A DNA stretch of 37,582 bases from an uncultured Planctomycetia bacterium (GCA_964624805.1 CAZUYM010000001.1:1-37582); one strand, 5' to 3'; shown: positions 16,413 through 24,607, numbered from the stretch's first letter. Notes: generated from the sequence alone by a model not told the origin. Program-made: numbers and translations.

Positions 16413-17633
16413 ATGAGTAAAAAAGCGGAGATGGATATTTCTTTTGACGGACTGGGAATAGCCCCTAAAATAATTGAAGTGTTGGACCGGTTAAAGTTCA
16501 CCCATCCGACCCCGATCCAGCATAAAGCGATCCCCCTCGGGATAGAAGGTACTGACATTATCGGCGTAGCGCAGACAGGTACGGGCAAGACCCTGGCCTT
16601 CGCTATCCCTGTTGTACAGCGTCTTTCACGCAGTGCTGGTAAGTGTCTGGTTATCGTTCCCACCAGGGAACTGGCCATGCAGGTGGATGAGACATTTAAG
16701 AAGGTAGCGCCCAAGTTCGGGTTGAACACCGTGGTGATAATAGGGGGAGTTCCTATACAATCGCAGCTGAAGACCCTGAAAAAGAACCCCCGGATCATCA
16801 TTGCTACACCCGGAAGGCTTGTGGATCACCTGACCCAGAAGACGATGAGGTTGAATGACGTCGAGGTCCTTGTCCTGGACGAAGCTGACAGGATGCTGGA
16901 TATGGGGTTCAAACCTGACATAGAACGTATCCTTAAGGTCATTCCGAAAAAAAGACAGACTATGCTTTTTTCCGCGACGATCCCGGGAGAAGTTGTTTCA
17001 ATAGGAACCGCCCACATGAAGCTTCCCGTGCACGTAGAGGTAGCGCCGTCGGGGACCGCGGCCGAACGTATTGTCCAGGAGCTGTTCATCATCAAAAAAG
17101 AATCCAAAAAAAACCTGCTGTCAAAACTGCTCGTTCAGTACCGCGGTTCGGTTCTGCTTTTTTCACGGACAAAAAGGGGCGCGACCAAGATAAAACGTCA
17201 GATACAAGACATGGGCCATAGCGTGGCAGAGATACATTCCGACCGTACGCTCGGCCAGCGGAAGGAAGCGCTTGAGGGTTTCAAGACCGGTAAGTACAGG
17301 ATACTTGTCGCGACTGATATAGCGGCCAGAGGGATAGATGTTATCGGGATAGAAACGGTCATAAATTACGATATCCCGGATGATACGGAGAATTACGTGC
17401 ACAGGATCGGCCGCACGGGCCGGGCCGGGCATAAGGGGCGCGCCATATCGTTCGCCACGCCGGAACAGGGAAAAGATATCCGCAACATCGAGAACCTTAT
17501 CAAGACAGCCTTACCCGTTTTAGAACATCCCGATCTCCCGGGTGAGAAGTTCCATAAGCCTCAGACGATATTCCAGAGCAGGAGGGGTTCTACGGGAAGA
17601 GGCGGGAAGGCGATCCCCCGCAGACGCCGTTGA
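16413..17633 (+). CDS. DEAD-box ATP-dependent RNA helicase (RhlE/CsdA-like) with a basic C-terminal tail
   Basis: Q-motif region, AQTGTGKT, PTRELA, TPGR, DEAD, SAT, HRIGRTGRAG. RG-rich tail. Confidence 0.95.
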   Translation: MSKKAEMDISFDGLGIAPKIIEVLDRLKFTHPTPIQHKAIPLGIEGTDIIGVAQTGTGKTLAFAIPVVQRLSRSAGKCLVIVPTRELAMQVDETFKKVAPKFGLNTVVIIGGVPIQSQLKTLKKNPRIIIATPGRLVDHLTQKTMRLNDVEVLVLDEADRMLDMGFKPDIERILKVIPKKRQTMLFSATIPGEVVSIGTAHMKLPVHVEVAPSGTAAERIVQELFIIKKESKKNLLSKLLVQYRGSVLLFSRTKRGATKIKRQIQDMGHSVAEIHSDRTLGQRKEALEGFKTGKYRILVATDIAARGIDVIGIETVINYDIPDDTENYVHRIGRTGRAGHKGRAISFATPEQGKDIRNIENLIKTALPVLEHPDLPGEKFHKPQTIFQSRRGSTGRGGKAIPRRRR

Positions 17634-17657
17634 CACAGGAGACTTTATTAGCTGTTC

Positions 17658-18605
17658 CTATCCCACCGCGGGTTCGTTAAAAATAACCTTTCCATTATCA
17701 GCGTCAAGGGTGACCGATACCCCCAACGGGAGGGTGATGTTGAATTCACCCACGTCTCTATGTCCGGAGGGAAAACCGTAGATTATAGGGATCTTTACGT
17801 CTTTAAGGATATCCTTGAGGACGTCTTTTATCGAATATTCCGCCCCCGAGAAGTTCAAACAGTCTTTCATCTTTCCAAATATTATACCTTTGACCTTGTT
17901 CAATTTCCCGGCAAGCTTAAGATGCGCAAGACAACTGTCAATGACTTCAAGCTCTTCTCCGACGTCTTCAATAAACAGTATCTTATGGTCGGTCTTCAGG
18001 TCATAAGGAGTTCCTATAGCGTCTCTTATGAGGGATAGATTACCGCCCATGAGCTCTCCGGTGACCTTACCCGGCTGTAAGGCCCTGAGCCCGGGAGAAG
18101 ATATCTCTCCGAGGGGTTGGGGCCGTGTTATTGCTTTTATCAGCGAGCCTAAGGAGTCAGGGTTCATTTTCTTATGTATTTCTCCGGATACGACCGGACC
18201 GTGGAATACTACCATTTTAGATATTCTCTGCAAGTATGAGAGGAGAATAGTGATATCACTGTATCCCACAAATATCTTGTGGTTATGAGCCAGTACTTTT
18301 TTATCAAGGTAGGGGAGAGTCCTGATGGAGCCATATCCTGCCTGCGCGCAAAAGATCGCCTTTACGCTTTTGTCCGCGAACATGCGGTTTATCTGTTTGG
18401 CGCGCACGTCGTCCTTTCCCGCGAGGGACCAGTACTTCTTGAATATGTGGGGATCAAATTTTACTTTATAGCCCAGAGATCTAAGGTATTCAACACCTTC
18501 CCGGAACTTTTTTGGGTCAAAGTGGCAGGCCGGAGCGACTATTCCGATAGTGTCGCCTTTTTTGAGGCGGTTAGGAAGTATTTTTTTATAACGTGATCTT
18601 TTCAT
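17658..18605 (-). CDS. ldcA: LD-carboxypeptidase (peptidase S66, LdcA-like)
   Basis: GDTIGIVAPA, nucleophile motif GYSDITIL, C-terminal GFPSGH. Start is uncertain: ATG at 18605 or GTG at 18626. Confidence 0.8.
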   Translation of the reverse strand: MKRSRYKKILPNRLKKGDTIGIVAPACHFDPKKFREGVEYLRSLGYKVKFDPHIFKKYWSLAGKDDVRAKQINRMFADKSVKAIFCAQAGYGSIRTLPYLDKKVLAHNHKIFVGYSDITILLSYLQRISKMVVFHGPVVSGEIHKKMNPDSLGSLIKAITRPQPLGEISSPGLRALQPGKVTGELMGGNLSLIRDAIGTPYDLKTDHKILFIEDVGEELEVIDSCLAHLKLAGKLNKVKGIIFGKMKDCLNFSGAEYSIKDVLKDILKDVKIPIIYGFPSGHRDVGEFNITLPLGVSVTLDADNGKVIFNEPAVG

Positions 18606-18768
18606 GAGATTATTGCATGGATACACGACTATAGCATAATGGGTGTTTTATATTCAAGAAAAATAACCAGGAGCTTAGACGGCAGTTCTCGACAAGGGGG
18701 TTGCCGTCTATGAACTTGTTCCTTGTCACTTGTTGCCTTTAGCTATAAAATGAACATATAGGTTACTT

Positions 18769-20019
18769 ATGAATATAGAGATAATGAGATACATAGACTG
18801 CTACTGCGGGGTGCCGATCACCTTTGCGCTGACGTGGATGTTGAGGGTGATATCGGTATTCTCGCCAAAAGGCGGGATAAAGCCCAAAAAGATATTGTTC
18901 ATAGAACTGTCAGAGATGGGGAGCGCTATACTCGCCGACCCTGCCATGCGGAAAGCCCGGAAGGCCTTTGACGCCGAACTTTTTTTCTGTATATTCGAAC
19001 GGAATAAAGAAAGCCTGCTCCTTCTAAGGACTATAGAAAAAAATAACGTTTTTACGCTTCGCGACACAAATCTTTGGACGCTTCTCACCGACAGCATAAA
19101 GTTCTTTTTCTGGACGAGGAAAAGGAGGATAGACACTGTTGTGGACCTCGAACTTTTCGCGAGGGTCACCGCCATTCTTACGGGACTTTCCGGAGCGCGG
19201 AACCGGGTCGGGTTCTTTTCTTTTTACAATGAGGGTTTATACCGAGGGAACATGATGACGCACAAGGTGGCCTATAACCCGCATATCCACATTGCTAAGA
19301 ACTTCATGGCATTGGCCAACGCCCTTATCTCGGATAACGGAGAGATCCCGTATTCGAAGACCCGTGTCGGGGATGAGGAAATAATAGCTCTTGAAAAAAT
19401 TTATCCGGATACTAAGGAAAAGGCCCGCATGCTGGAGAAGGTAGGGGACGTATATCCTGGATTTGACCAGAAAAAAGACCATGTAGTACTGGTTAACGCC
19501 AATGTCGGAGATCTTCTCCCTCAGCGCCGCTGGCCTATTGAGAGATTTGCCGGACTTATCAAGAGAATACTTGAGCGTGACAGGAACGCGCTGGTCCTTT
19601 TAACCGGAGCGCCTTCGGAACGGGAAGGGTTGCAACTGCTGGAGGAGATGGTTCCCGGGGGACGGTGTGTGAATTTTGCCGGTGAAGTTAAATTATCAGA
19701 ATTACCGGTGCTTTATTCGATCGCGTCATTTATGGTAACCAATGATTCCGGCCCGGGACATTTTTCGTCCGTGACCGATATGCCCACGTTCATATTGTTC
19801 GGCCCGGAAACTCCGGCCCGCTACGGCCCGCTCGGTAACGGAACGGCGATATACGCGGGACTTGCGTGTTCGCCATGCGTTACCGCGGCGAACCACCGCA
19901 AAACTCCCTGCAAAGATAATGTCTGTCTTCAGGTCATATCCGAAGAAGAAGTGTTCAGCAAAATAGAAGCATATTTGAACAAAAAAGAAGCGGAGTCTGC
20001 CACCGATATAAAAAAGTGA
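18769..20019 (+). CDS. Glycosyltransferase family 9 (LPS heptosyltransferase-like)
   Basis: GT-B layout. TNDSGPGHF motif followed by LFGP. Confidence 0.75.
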   Translation: MNIEIMRYIDCYCGVPITFALTWMLRVISVFSPKGGIKPKKILFIELSEMGSAILADPAMRKARKAFDAELFFCIFERNKESLLLLRTIEKNNVFTLRDTNLWTLLTDSIKFFFWTRKRRIDTVVDLELFARVTAILTGLSGARNRVGFFSFYNEGLYRGNMMTHKVAYNPHIHIAKNFMALANALISDNGEIPYSKTRVGDEEIIALEKIYPDTKEKARMLEKVGDVYPGFDQKKDHVVLVNANVGDLLPQRRWPIERFAGLIKRILERDRNALVLLTGAPSEREGLQLLEEMVPGGRCVNFAGEVKLSELPVLYSIASFMVTNDSGPGHFSSVTDMPTFILFGPETPARYGPLGNGTAIYAGLACSPCVTAANHRKTPCKDNVCLQVISEEEVFSKIEAYLNKKEAESATDIKK

Positions 20020-20121
20020 GCCGTCAGGGACGTTTCTCATTCTAAGAGCAGACCTGTCCCTGATCTTGTGTCCAGACCTGCCCCCGGGGCTGCTACAGCG
20101 CTCTAATATGTTCCCGAATTC

Positions 20122-20149
20122 TTGAGATTTTGTAAGAACATGATATAAT
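20122..20149 (+). promoter_or_regulatory. Candidate promoter (extended -10) of the RR-HK-STAS operon
   Basis: TTGAGA (20122-20127), 16-nt spacer, TGA-TATAAT (20141-20149). Confidence 0.5.
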
Positions 20150-20198
20150 GAGACGTCGTGATCTGAATAATAGTTAAATCCTAAGGAGGAAGAGAGAA

Positions 20199-20591
20199 AT
20201 GAAGAAGATCTACATTGTTGATGATGATAAGGATATTATCGAAGCGTTGACCATTGTTCTGGAATCAAAAGGGTATGAGGTCGCTTCGCAGACTACCGAA
20301 GAGTCTATTATTGAGAACGTCAAGGCAGCAGTCCCCGCCCTGATAATCCTGGATGTCATTTTTCCGGAAAACCCCAGCGCGGGATTCGAGATGGCGAGAG
20401 AGCTATCGAGAGATGCCGGTACGAAAGATATACCGATACTGATGCTGTCTGCTGTAAACGAAAAAGGCGAGTACGGGTTCAGCTTCTCGAACAGAGACCG
20501 GGATGAGGAATACCTGCCGGTAAGTGAATTTGTGGAGAAACCGATACAGCCTGAGGCATTGCTGGAAAAAGTGGCAAAATTGACGGCCTGA
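20199..20591 (+). CDS. Single-domain (CheY-like) response regulator, no output domain
   Basis: Acidic pocket IVDDD, phospho-acceptor in LIILDVIFP, conserved Ser (LSA) and Lys (EKP). 130 aa. AGGAGG SD. Confidence 0.9.
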   Translation: MKKIYIVDDDKDIIEALTIVLESKGYEVASQTTEESIIENVKAAVPALIILDVIFPENPSAGFEMARELSRDAGTKDIPILMLSAVNEKGEYGFSFSNRDRDEEYLPVSEFVEKPIQPEALLEKVAKLTA

Positions 20592-20617
20592 GGCCGTGTT
20601 TCCTGGAGAGAGAGTTC

Positions 20618-21790
20618 ATGCTGACCAATACATGCATAGCATTAGTGGGAGCCGGAAAGGGCGGGAAAGCCTTACTTGAGGATTTTGTAAAGATCCCGGG
20701 AGTCCTGGTTAAATACGTGTGTGATATCGACCCTGCGTCCGAAGGTGTTGTATTCGCGGAAAAAGCGGGACTTTCTGTCTGCTCGTGGGAAGATATAGAT
20801 AAGATCCTTACCGATACCGATCTTGATCTCATCCTTGAAGTGACCGGGAAAGCGGATGTTTTTGAGGAGCTCTCCCGCCGCAAGGATCCGTCCATCAACC
20901 TGGTCGGTGCTGATACCACAAAGATCATATTCCACTTTCTAGAGTCTCAGCAGAAGGTCACGAATGAGCTGGAAGGATATAAGGAGAGGCTGGAAGAGAG
21001 GATAATCGAGAGGACCGAGCAGATAGAAGCGACAAATGTCGAGCTTCAGGAAAAGGTGCGTGAGCTCAAAGAGCTTACCGAAAAACTGCAGGAGATCAAT
21101 GACTCCAAGACGAAATATCTTCTTCATTCCACCCACCAGCTAAAAGCCCCTTTCGCCGCTATACAGAGTTATGCCGACATCCTGCTGCAGGGATACGCGG
21201 GTGACCTCCCGGAAAGAGCGCACAATATAGTCGATAAAATAAAGAAAAGATGCGACTTTCTGTCCATGTCGATAAAAGAAATGCTTGGCTTGGCGAACCT
21301 CAACTCATGTGTCGTCGAAAATGTTAAGATGCAGCGAATAAGCCTGGAGGAGATCGTTTCGCAGGTGGTGGAGTCTTTGGCGACGGTTATTGCCCGCCGG
21401 AGTATCCGGGTCAAGTATGGGAATACCACGGACAATGATCTGGTGGTATGCAACAGAGATCAGATCGTCACAATGATAAATAACATACTTGGGAATGCTA
21501 TTAATTACTCTAAGGACAATACTGAAATATGCATCGGGATAGGGGTGGCCCCCGACGGGCGGGTGTTCCTTGAGATCGCCGATCAGGGGGTAGGGATACC
21601 CAAGGATAATATTAAAAAGGTCTTTGACGAGTATTTCAGGTCGAATAATGCCGTGAAACAGTATGACAGGGGCACGGGGCTTGGAATGGCTATTGTTAAA
21701 AGGATAGCCGATATACATAAATGCGGCACCAAGATCGAAAGCGAGCTGAACAAAGGAACGGTCGTAACTGTTTTCTTTCCCAGGAAATAG
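20618..21790 (+). CDS. Cytoplasmic sensor histidine kinase with an N-terminal Rossmann-like (GxGxxG) domain and a coiled coil
   Basis: No TM segment. N-terminal IALVGAGKGGKALL...VCDIDP. Coiled-coil linker. H-box HSTHQLKAPFAAI, N-box NNILGNAINYS, G1 DQGVGIP, G2 GTGLGMAIV. Confidence 0.9.
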   Translation: MLTNTCIALVGAGKGGKALLEDFVKIPGVLVKYVCDIDPASEGVVFAEKAGLSVCSWEDIDKILTDTDLDLILEVTGKADVFEELSRRKDPSINLVGADTTKIIFHFLESQQKVTNELEGYKERLEERIIERTEQIEATNVELQEKVRELKELTEKLQEINDSKTKYLLHSTHQLKAPFAAIQSYADILLQGYAGDLPERAHNIVDKIKKRCDFLSMSIKEMLGLANLNSCVVENVKMQRISLEEIVSQVVESLATVIARRSIRVKYGNTTDNDLVVCNRDQIVTMINNILGNAINYSKDNTEICIGIGVAPDGRVFLEIADQGVGIPKDNIKKVFDEYFRSNNAVKQYDRGTGLGMAIVKRIADIHKCGTKIESELNKGTVVTVFFPRK

Positions 21791-21852
21791 GGGTGGGTCA
21801 TTCTGTTCCGGGACAAGAGCGGAGCGCGCAAAAGACAGAAAAAGGAGAAGAT

Positions 21853-22308
21853 ATGGGTATAAAAAAACTTTATCATGAGCATACGAGTGTTTTTGGCTTT
21901 GAGATCGAAGGTAAGCTTACTGTCGAGGAGATCGAGGAATTTCTTCCCGCGATGGAAGAGGCTGTCGCCCAGGCGAATAAAAGGCTGAGGCTTCTTGTGG
22001 ATGTCTCAGCAATGCATGGGGCAAACGTGAAATCAGACTGGGACATATTTGAGTTTCTCAAAAAGCACCTCCGGGATATTGAGTATATAGCGCTTGTGGG
22101 GACCCATTCCTGGTCCAAGGTCATGAGTGCTATTCTTGTCGAGTCGGTCTTCGTAGAGGCCGAAACGCGCTATTTCAAGACAGACGAAATAGAGTATGCC
22201 TGGAAATGGCTCACCGGTGCGCCTCATCCGAAGCACATCCCGGTACGCAGGGTGATAGACTCTGATAAGGGTCTTTTCACGAAATTCAGTTCACCGGACT
22301 ATATTTGA
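21853..22308 (+). CDS. STAS/SpoIIAA-like (DUF3478-type) protein
   Basis: The pattern EIEGKLTVEEIEEFLP...LRLLVDVS...DWDIFEFLKKHLRDIEYIALVG...RYFKTDEIEYAWKWL is typical of SpoIIAA-like STAS_2 proteins. ATG at 21853 follows AAAGGAGAAG. The ORF-track start at 21721 overlaps the kinase. Confidence 0.65.
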   Translation: MGIKKLYHEHTSVFGFEIEGKLTVEEIEEFLPAMEEAVAQANKRLRLLVDVSAMHGANVKSDWDIFEFLKKHLRDIEYIALVGTHSWSKVMSAILVESVFVEAETRYFKTDEIEYAWKWLTGAPHPKHIPVRRVIDSDKGLFTKFSSPDYI

Positions 22309-22309
22309 T

Positions 22310-22401
22310 CAGTGAACTGTAAACAGTAAACGGTAAACAGATATGCTGATAAAAAGCTACTAGATATCGCGCTGTTCCCAGTTCCCAGTTTACAGTTTAC
22401 C
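22310..22401. repeat. Two blocks of phased heptamer repeats in dyad arrangement
   Basis: Left block: CAGTGAA CTGTAAA CAGTAAA CGGTAAA CAG (22310-22340). Right block: CTGTTCC CAGTTCC CAGTTTA CAGTTTA CC (22372-22401). The blocks are partly reverse-complementary (CTGTAAAC 22317-22324 vs GTTTACAG 22388-22395). Confidence 0.8.
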
Positions 22402-22432
22402 ATTCAAATAATCAAAATTAACCAGGTTAAAA

Positions 22433-22456
22433 GGGGGGGGTAGACCGCCCCCCCCC
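22433..22456. repeat. G8-N7-C9 homopolymer hairpin
   Basis: GGGGGGGG (22433-22440), TAGACCG, CCCCCCCCC (22448-22456). Ends 12 nt upstream of the -35 box of the Rrf2 promoter. Confidence 0.85.
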
Positions 22457-22468
22457 TGAAAGTAATCC

Positions 22469-22497
22469 TTGACAAAAATATCAAAAAAACGTATAAT
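22469..22497 (+). promoter_or_regulatory. Perfect-consensus sigma70 promoter of the Rrf2 regulator gene
   Basis: TTGACA (22469-22474), exactly 17-nt A-rich spacer, TATAAT (22492-22497). Confidence 0.7.
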
Positions 22498-22500
22498 TGG

Positions 22501-22523
22501 ACTAAGTTGATAAAGATAGTAAT
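22501..22523 (+). promoter_or_regulatory. Copy 1 of the exact 23-bp repeat ACTAAGTTGATAAAGATAGTAAT (candidate Rrf2 operator or leader motif)
   Basis: Starts 4 nt after the -10 box, overlapping the expected transcription start. Identical to 22987-23009. Confidence 0.5.
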
Positions 22524-22541
22524 GTAAAATTTGAGGTGAAT

Positions 22542-22964
22542 ATGAGGGTTTCAGCGAGATGTGATTATGCATGCAGGGCTCTTTTGGAGCTGTCTTTACA
22601 TTGGCCGGATAAGACCCCGGTGCATATACATCAAATATCCGAAAACCAGGAAATGCCCGAAAGGTATCTGGTACATATCCTGCTGCAGCTCAAAAGACTC
22701 GGCCTGGTAACCAGCTTGAGGGGCAAGGAAGGCGGATATACTCTAGCCAAGTCCCCGGAAGACATAAGGCTTGGCGAAGTAATGAAGGCGATAAGCGGCG
22801 ATCTTTTGCCGATATCAGACTCTGCCTTGATCAGTGGATCCGTTTTTGTAGGTATATGGAAAGAAGTAGAGGGGGTCATGGGGGACATTTTAGGTAAGGT
22901 TTCTTTTGCTGATATTTGTAAAAAGATGACGCAGAAAGAAAAAGTTATTATGTACCAGATCTGA
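22542..22964 (+). CDS. Rrf2-family transcriptional regulator without the Fe-S Cys triad (CymR-like)
   Basis: Winged-HTH block ISENQEMPERYLVHILLQLKRLGLVTSLRGKEGGYTLAK. No C-terminal Cys cluster. ATG at 22542 lies 5 nt after GAGG. Confidence 0.85.
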   Translation: MRVSARCDYACRALLELSLHWPDKTPVHIHQISENQEMPERYLVHILLQLKRLGLVTSLRGKEGGYTLAKSPEDIRLGEVMKAISGDLLPISDSALISGSVFVGIWKEVEGVMGDILGKVSFADICKKMTQKEKVIMYQI

Positions 22965-22986
22965 TATTTTTTTTGTGTTTAACATT

Positions 22987-23009
22987 ACTAAGTTGATAAA
23001 GATAGTAAT
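22987..23009 (+). promoter_or_regulatory. Copy 2 of the exact 23-bp repeat. Here it forms a longer dyad, ATTACTA-N12-TAGTAAT.
   Basis: Lies 22 nt after the Rrf2 stop and 13 nt before the GTG of the DUF2061 gene. Confidence 0.5.
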
Positions 23010-23022
23010 AAATGGAGATAGC

Positions 23023-23244
23023 GTGGAACATCCTAAAAGATCATTTATTAAAAGTATAACCTGGAGGATCATTGCGGTCTTGACTACAATGATCGCTGTG
23101 TACATATACAGCAAGGACCTTAAAGAGTCTTTTGTTATCGGTGTAGGGGCGAATTTTGTGAAATTCTTTTTGTATTACGCGCATGAACGATGGTGGAATA
23201 AGCTGAAGTTCGGGTTGAAGGAACAGCCCGAATATCAGATCTAA
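23023..23244 (+). CDS. DUF2061-family small membrane protein
   Basis: KRSFIKSITWRIIAVLTT...FFLYYAHERWWNK matches the DUF2061 pattern as I recall it. GTG at 23023 follows GGAGA. The ORF-track start at 22975 would read through the 23-bp repeat. Confidence 0.6.
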   Translation: MEHPKRSFIKSITWRIIAVLTTMIAVYIYSKDLKESFVIGVGANFVKFFLYYAHERWWNKLKFGLKEQPEYQI

Positions 23245-23297
23245 GTGAGGCACAAAATTATGGAACGAAGTGAACATAAATTGTATAGCCGAACTTA

Positions 23298-23322
23298 CCC
23301 TTGACATCAAAGATGTCAAGGG
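23298..23322. promoter_or_regulatory. Perfect 11-bp inverted repeat (CCCTTGACATC-AAA-GATGTCAAGGG) upstream of the APS reductase gene
   Basis: Read directly from the sequence. Contains TTGACA (23301-23306). No T-run follows. Confidence 0.45.
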
Positions 23323-23393
23323 TTAATTCGACCATATTATTTACGCTTCTTGTTGTCGCGTAAATAATGGTCTCTAAAAAAAGGAGGAAGAAA

Positions 23394-24119
23394 ATGAGTT
23401 TGCTCGGAACGAAGGAAGATTTGAAGACACTGGTGGAGAAGCTGAACTTCAAGGAGAAAGTGGATAGGTCGCTTCAGCTGATAGATGAAGCTTACCGTAA
23501 ATTCGGTGACGGTCTTGTCGTGGCTAACAGCCTGGGAAAAGATTCCGTCCTGGTATGGGACCTTGCTAAAAAGGTAAGCCCCGACATAAGGGGTTTTATC
23601 GTGACGACGCGTTTCAAACCGAAAGAAACTATTGATCTCATGGATGATGAGGTCGCCAGGTATCCGGAGATGAAAATTTTTAAAAATGACGCGCCTGTAG
23701 CGGATAAACTTTATGAAACACAACCTGACAAATGTTGTGATATACTAAAGGTCGAGCCTACAAGACAGGCCATTGATGAAATGAAAGTCGATTGTTGGGT
23801 TACCGGTCTGCGTTGTACGGAAGGAAGAACGCGAACAGATTTCGAAGAGGTCGAGGAACGGGATGAGGGGCTGGTTAAACTCAATCCTATTCTCATCTGG
23901 AAAGAAAGGGAAGTCTGGCAGTATCTGGCTCTTTATGGAGTGAAGGTCAATCCTCTTTATAAGGAAGGATATCGTTCTCTTGGCTGCGCTCCGTGTTCGA
24001 AGATAACTACGGATGACAATGAGCGTGCCGGACGATGGATAGGGACAAGTAAATGCGGCGGCGAATGCGGCATACATACCAGGCCTCTTAAGAACAATAT
24101 GGATGGCGAGGGTATTTAA
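23394..24119 (+). CDS. cysH: Assimilatory adenylylsulfate (APS) reductase, Fe-S-containing CysH-family
   Basis: PAPS_reduct fold (ANSLGKDS). Cys pair KCCDILKVEP plus GCAPC (the CC...CxxC 4Fe-4S ligand pattern of APS reductases). C-terminal ECGIH catalytic motif. AGGAGG SD before the ATG at 23394. Confidence 0.85.
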   Translation: MSLLGTKEDLKTLVEKLNFKEKVDRSLQLIDEAYRKFGDGLVVANSLGKDSVLVWDLAKKVSPDIRGFIVTTRFKPKETIDLMDDEVARYPEMKIFKNDAPVADKLYETQPDKCCDILKVEPTRQAIDEMKVDCWVTGLRCTEGRTRTDFEEVEERDEGLVKLNPILIWKEREVWQYLALYGVKVNPLYKEGYRSLGCAPCSKITTDDNERAGRWIGTSKCGGECGIHTRPLKNNMDGEGI

Positions 24120-24133
24120 ACTCGGAGAAAAAA

Positions 24134-24607
24134 ATGGATTATCTGCCGGTAGCGGTAAAACTCAAAGGACGAAGAGTAATAGTTGTCGGCGGAGGAAAAG
24201 TGGCGCTGCGCAAGATCCAAAATTTTCTGGATGCGGGCGCCCTTGTTCATGTAGTGTCGCCTTTGCTTGAGACAGAGGTCAAAGGGCTTCACGAACGGGG
24301 AGAGATAACCTGGACGCCGCGGAAGGTATCCGATGAGGATATTTCTGACGCGGTACTTCTTGTATCCGCGACGGATGATACTGAGACCAACGAGAGGGTG
24401 AGCCGCCTGGCCAGAGAAAGAGGCATACCGGTCAACGTCGTTGACCAGCCCATCTTGAGCGATTTTATTTCTCCAGCGGTCATCCGTGCGGATAAAGCGC
24501 TGATCGCCGTATATACCGACGGCAAGGATCCGGTCCTATCCAGGGACCTCAAGGATTATTTAAAGGAAAAGTGGAATGATTTTCTTCTGTTTAGGGATAG
24601 ATCATAA
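24134..24607 (+). CDS. sirC: Short precorrin-2 dehydrogenase / siroheme synthase N-terminal-domain protein (SirC/CysG-N-like)
   Basis: VVGGGKVALRKIQNFLDAGALVHVVSP Rossmann motif. 157 aa. Confidence 0.75.
   Translation: MDYLPVAVKLKGRRVIVVGGGKVALRKIQNFLDAGALVHVVSPLLETEVKGLHERGEITWTPRKVSDEDISDAVLLVSATDDTETNERVSRLARERGIPVNVVDQPILSDFISPAVIRADKALIAVYTDGKDPVLSRDLKDYLKEKWNDFLLFRDRS

Noticed and set aside
21721-21852. N-terminal extensions offered by the ORF track: 21721 for the STAS gene, 16309 for the methyltransferase, 5077 for the decarboxylase, 8713 for the antiporter and 22975 for DUF2061
   Set aside because: The extensions overlap upstream genes or regulatory repeats, lack SD sequences and look compositionally non-coding. 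Internal starts with good SD spacing match homologue N-termini.
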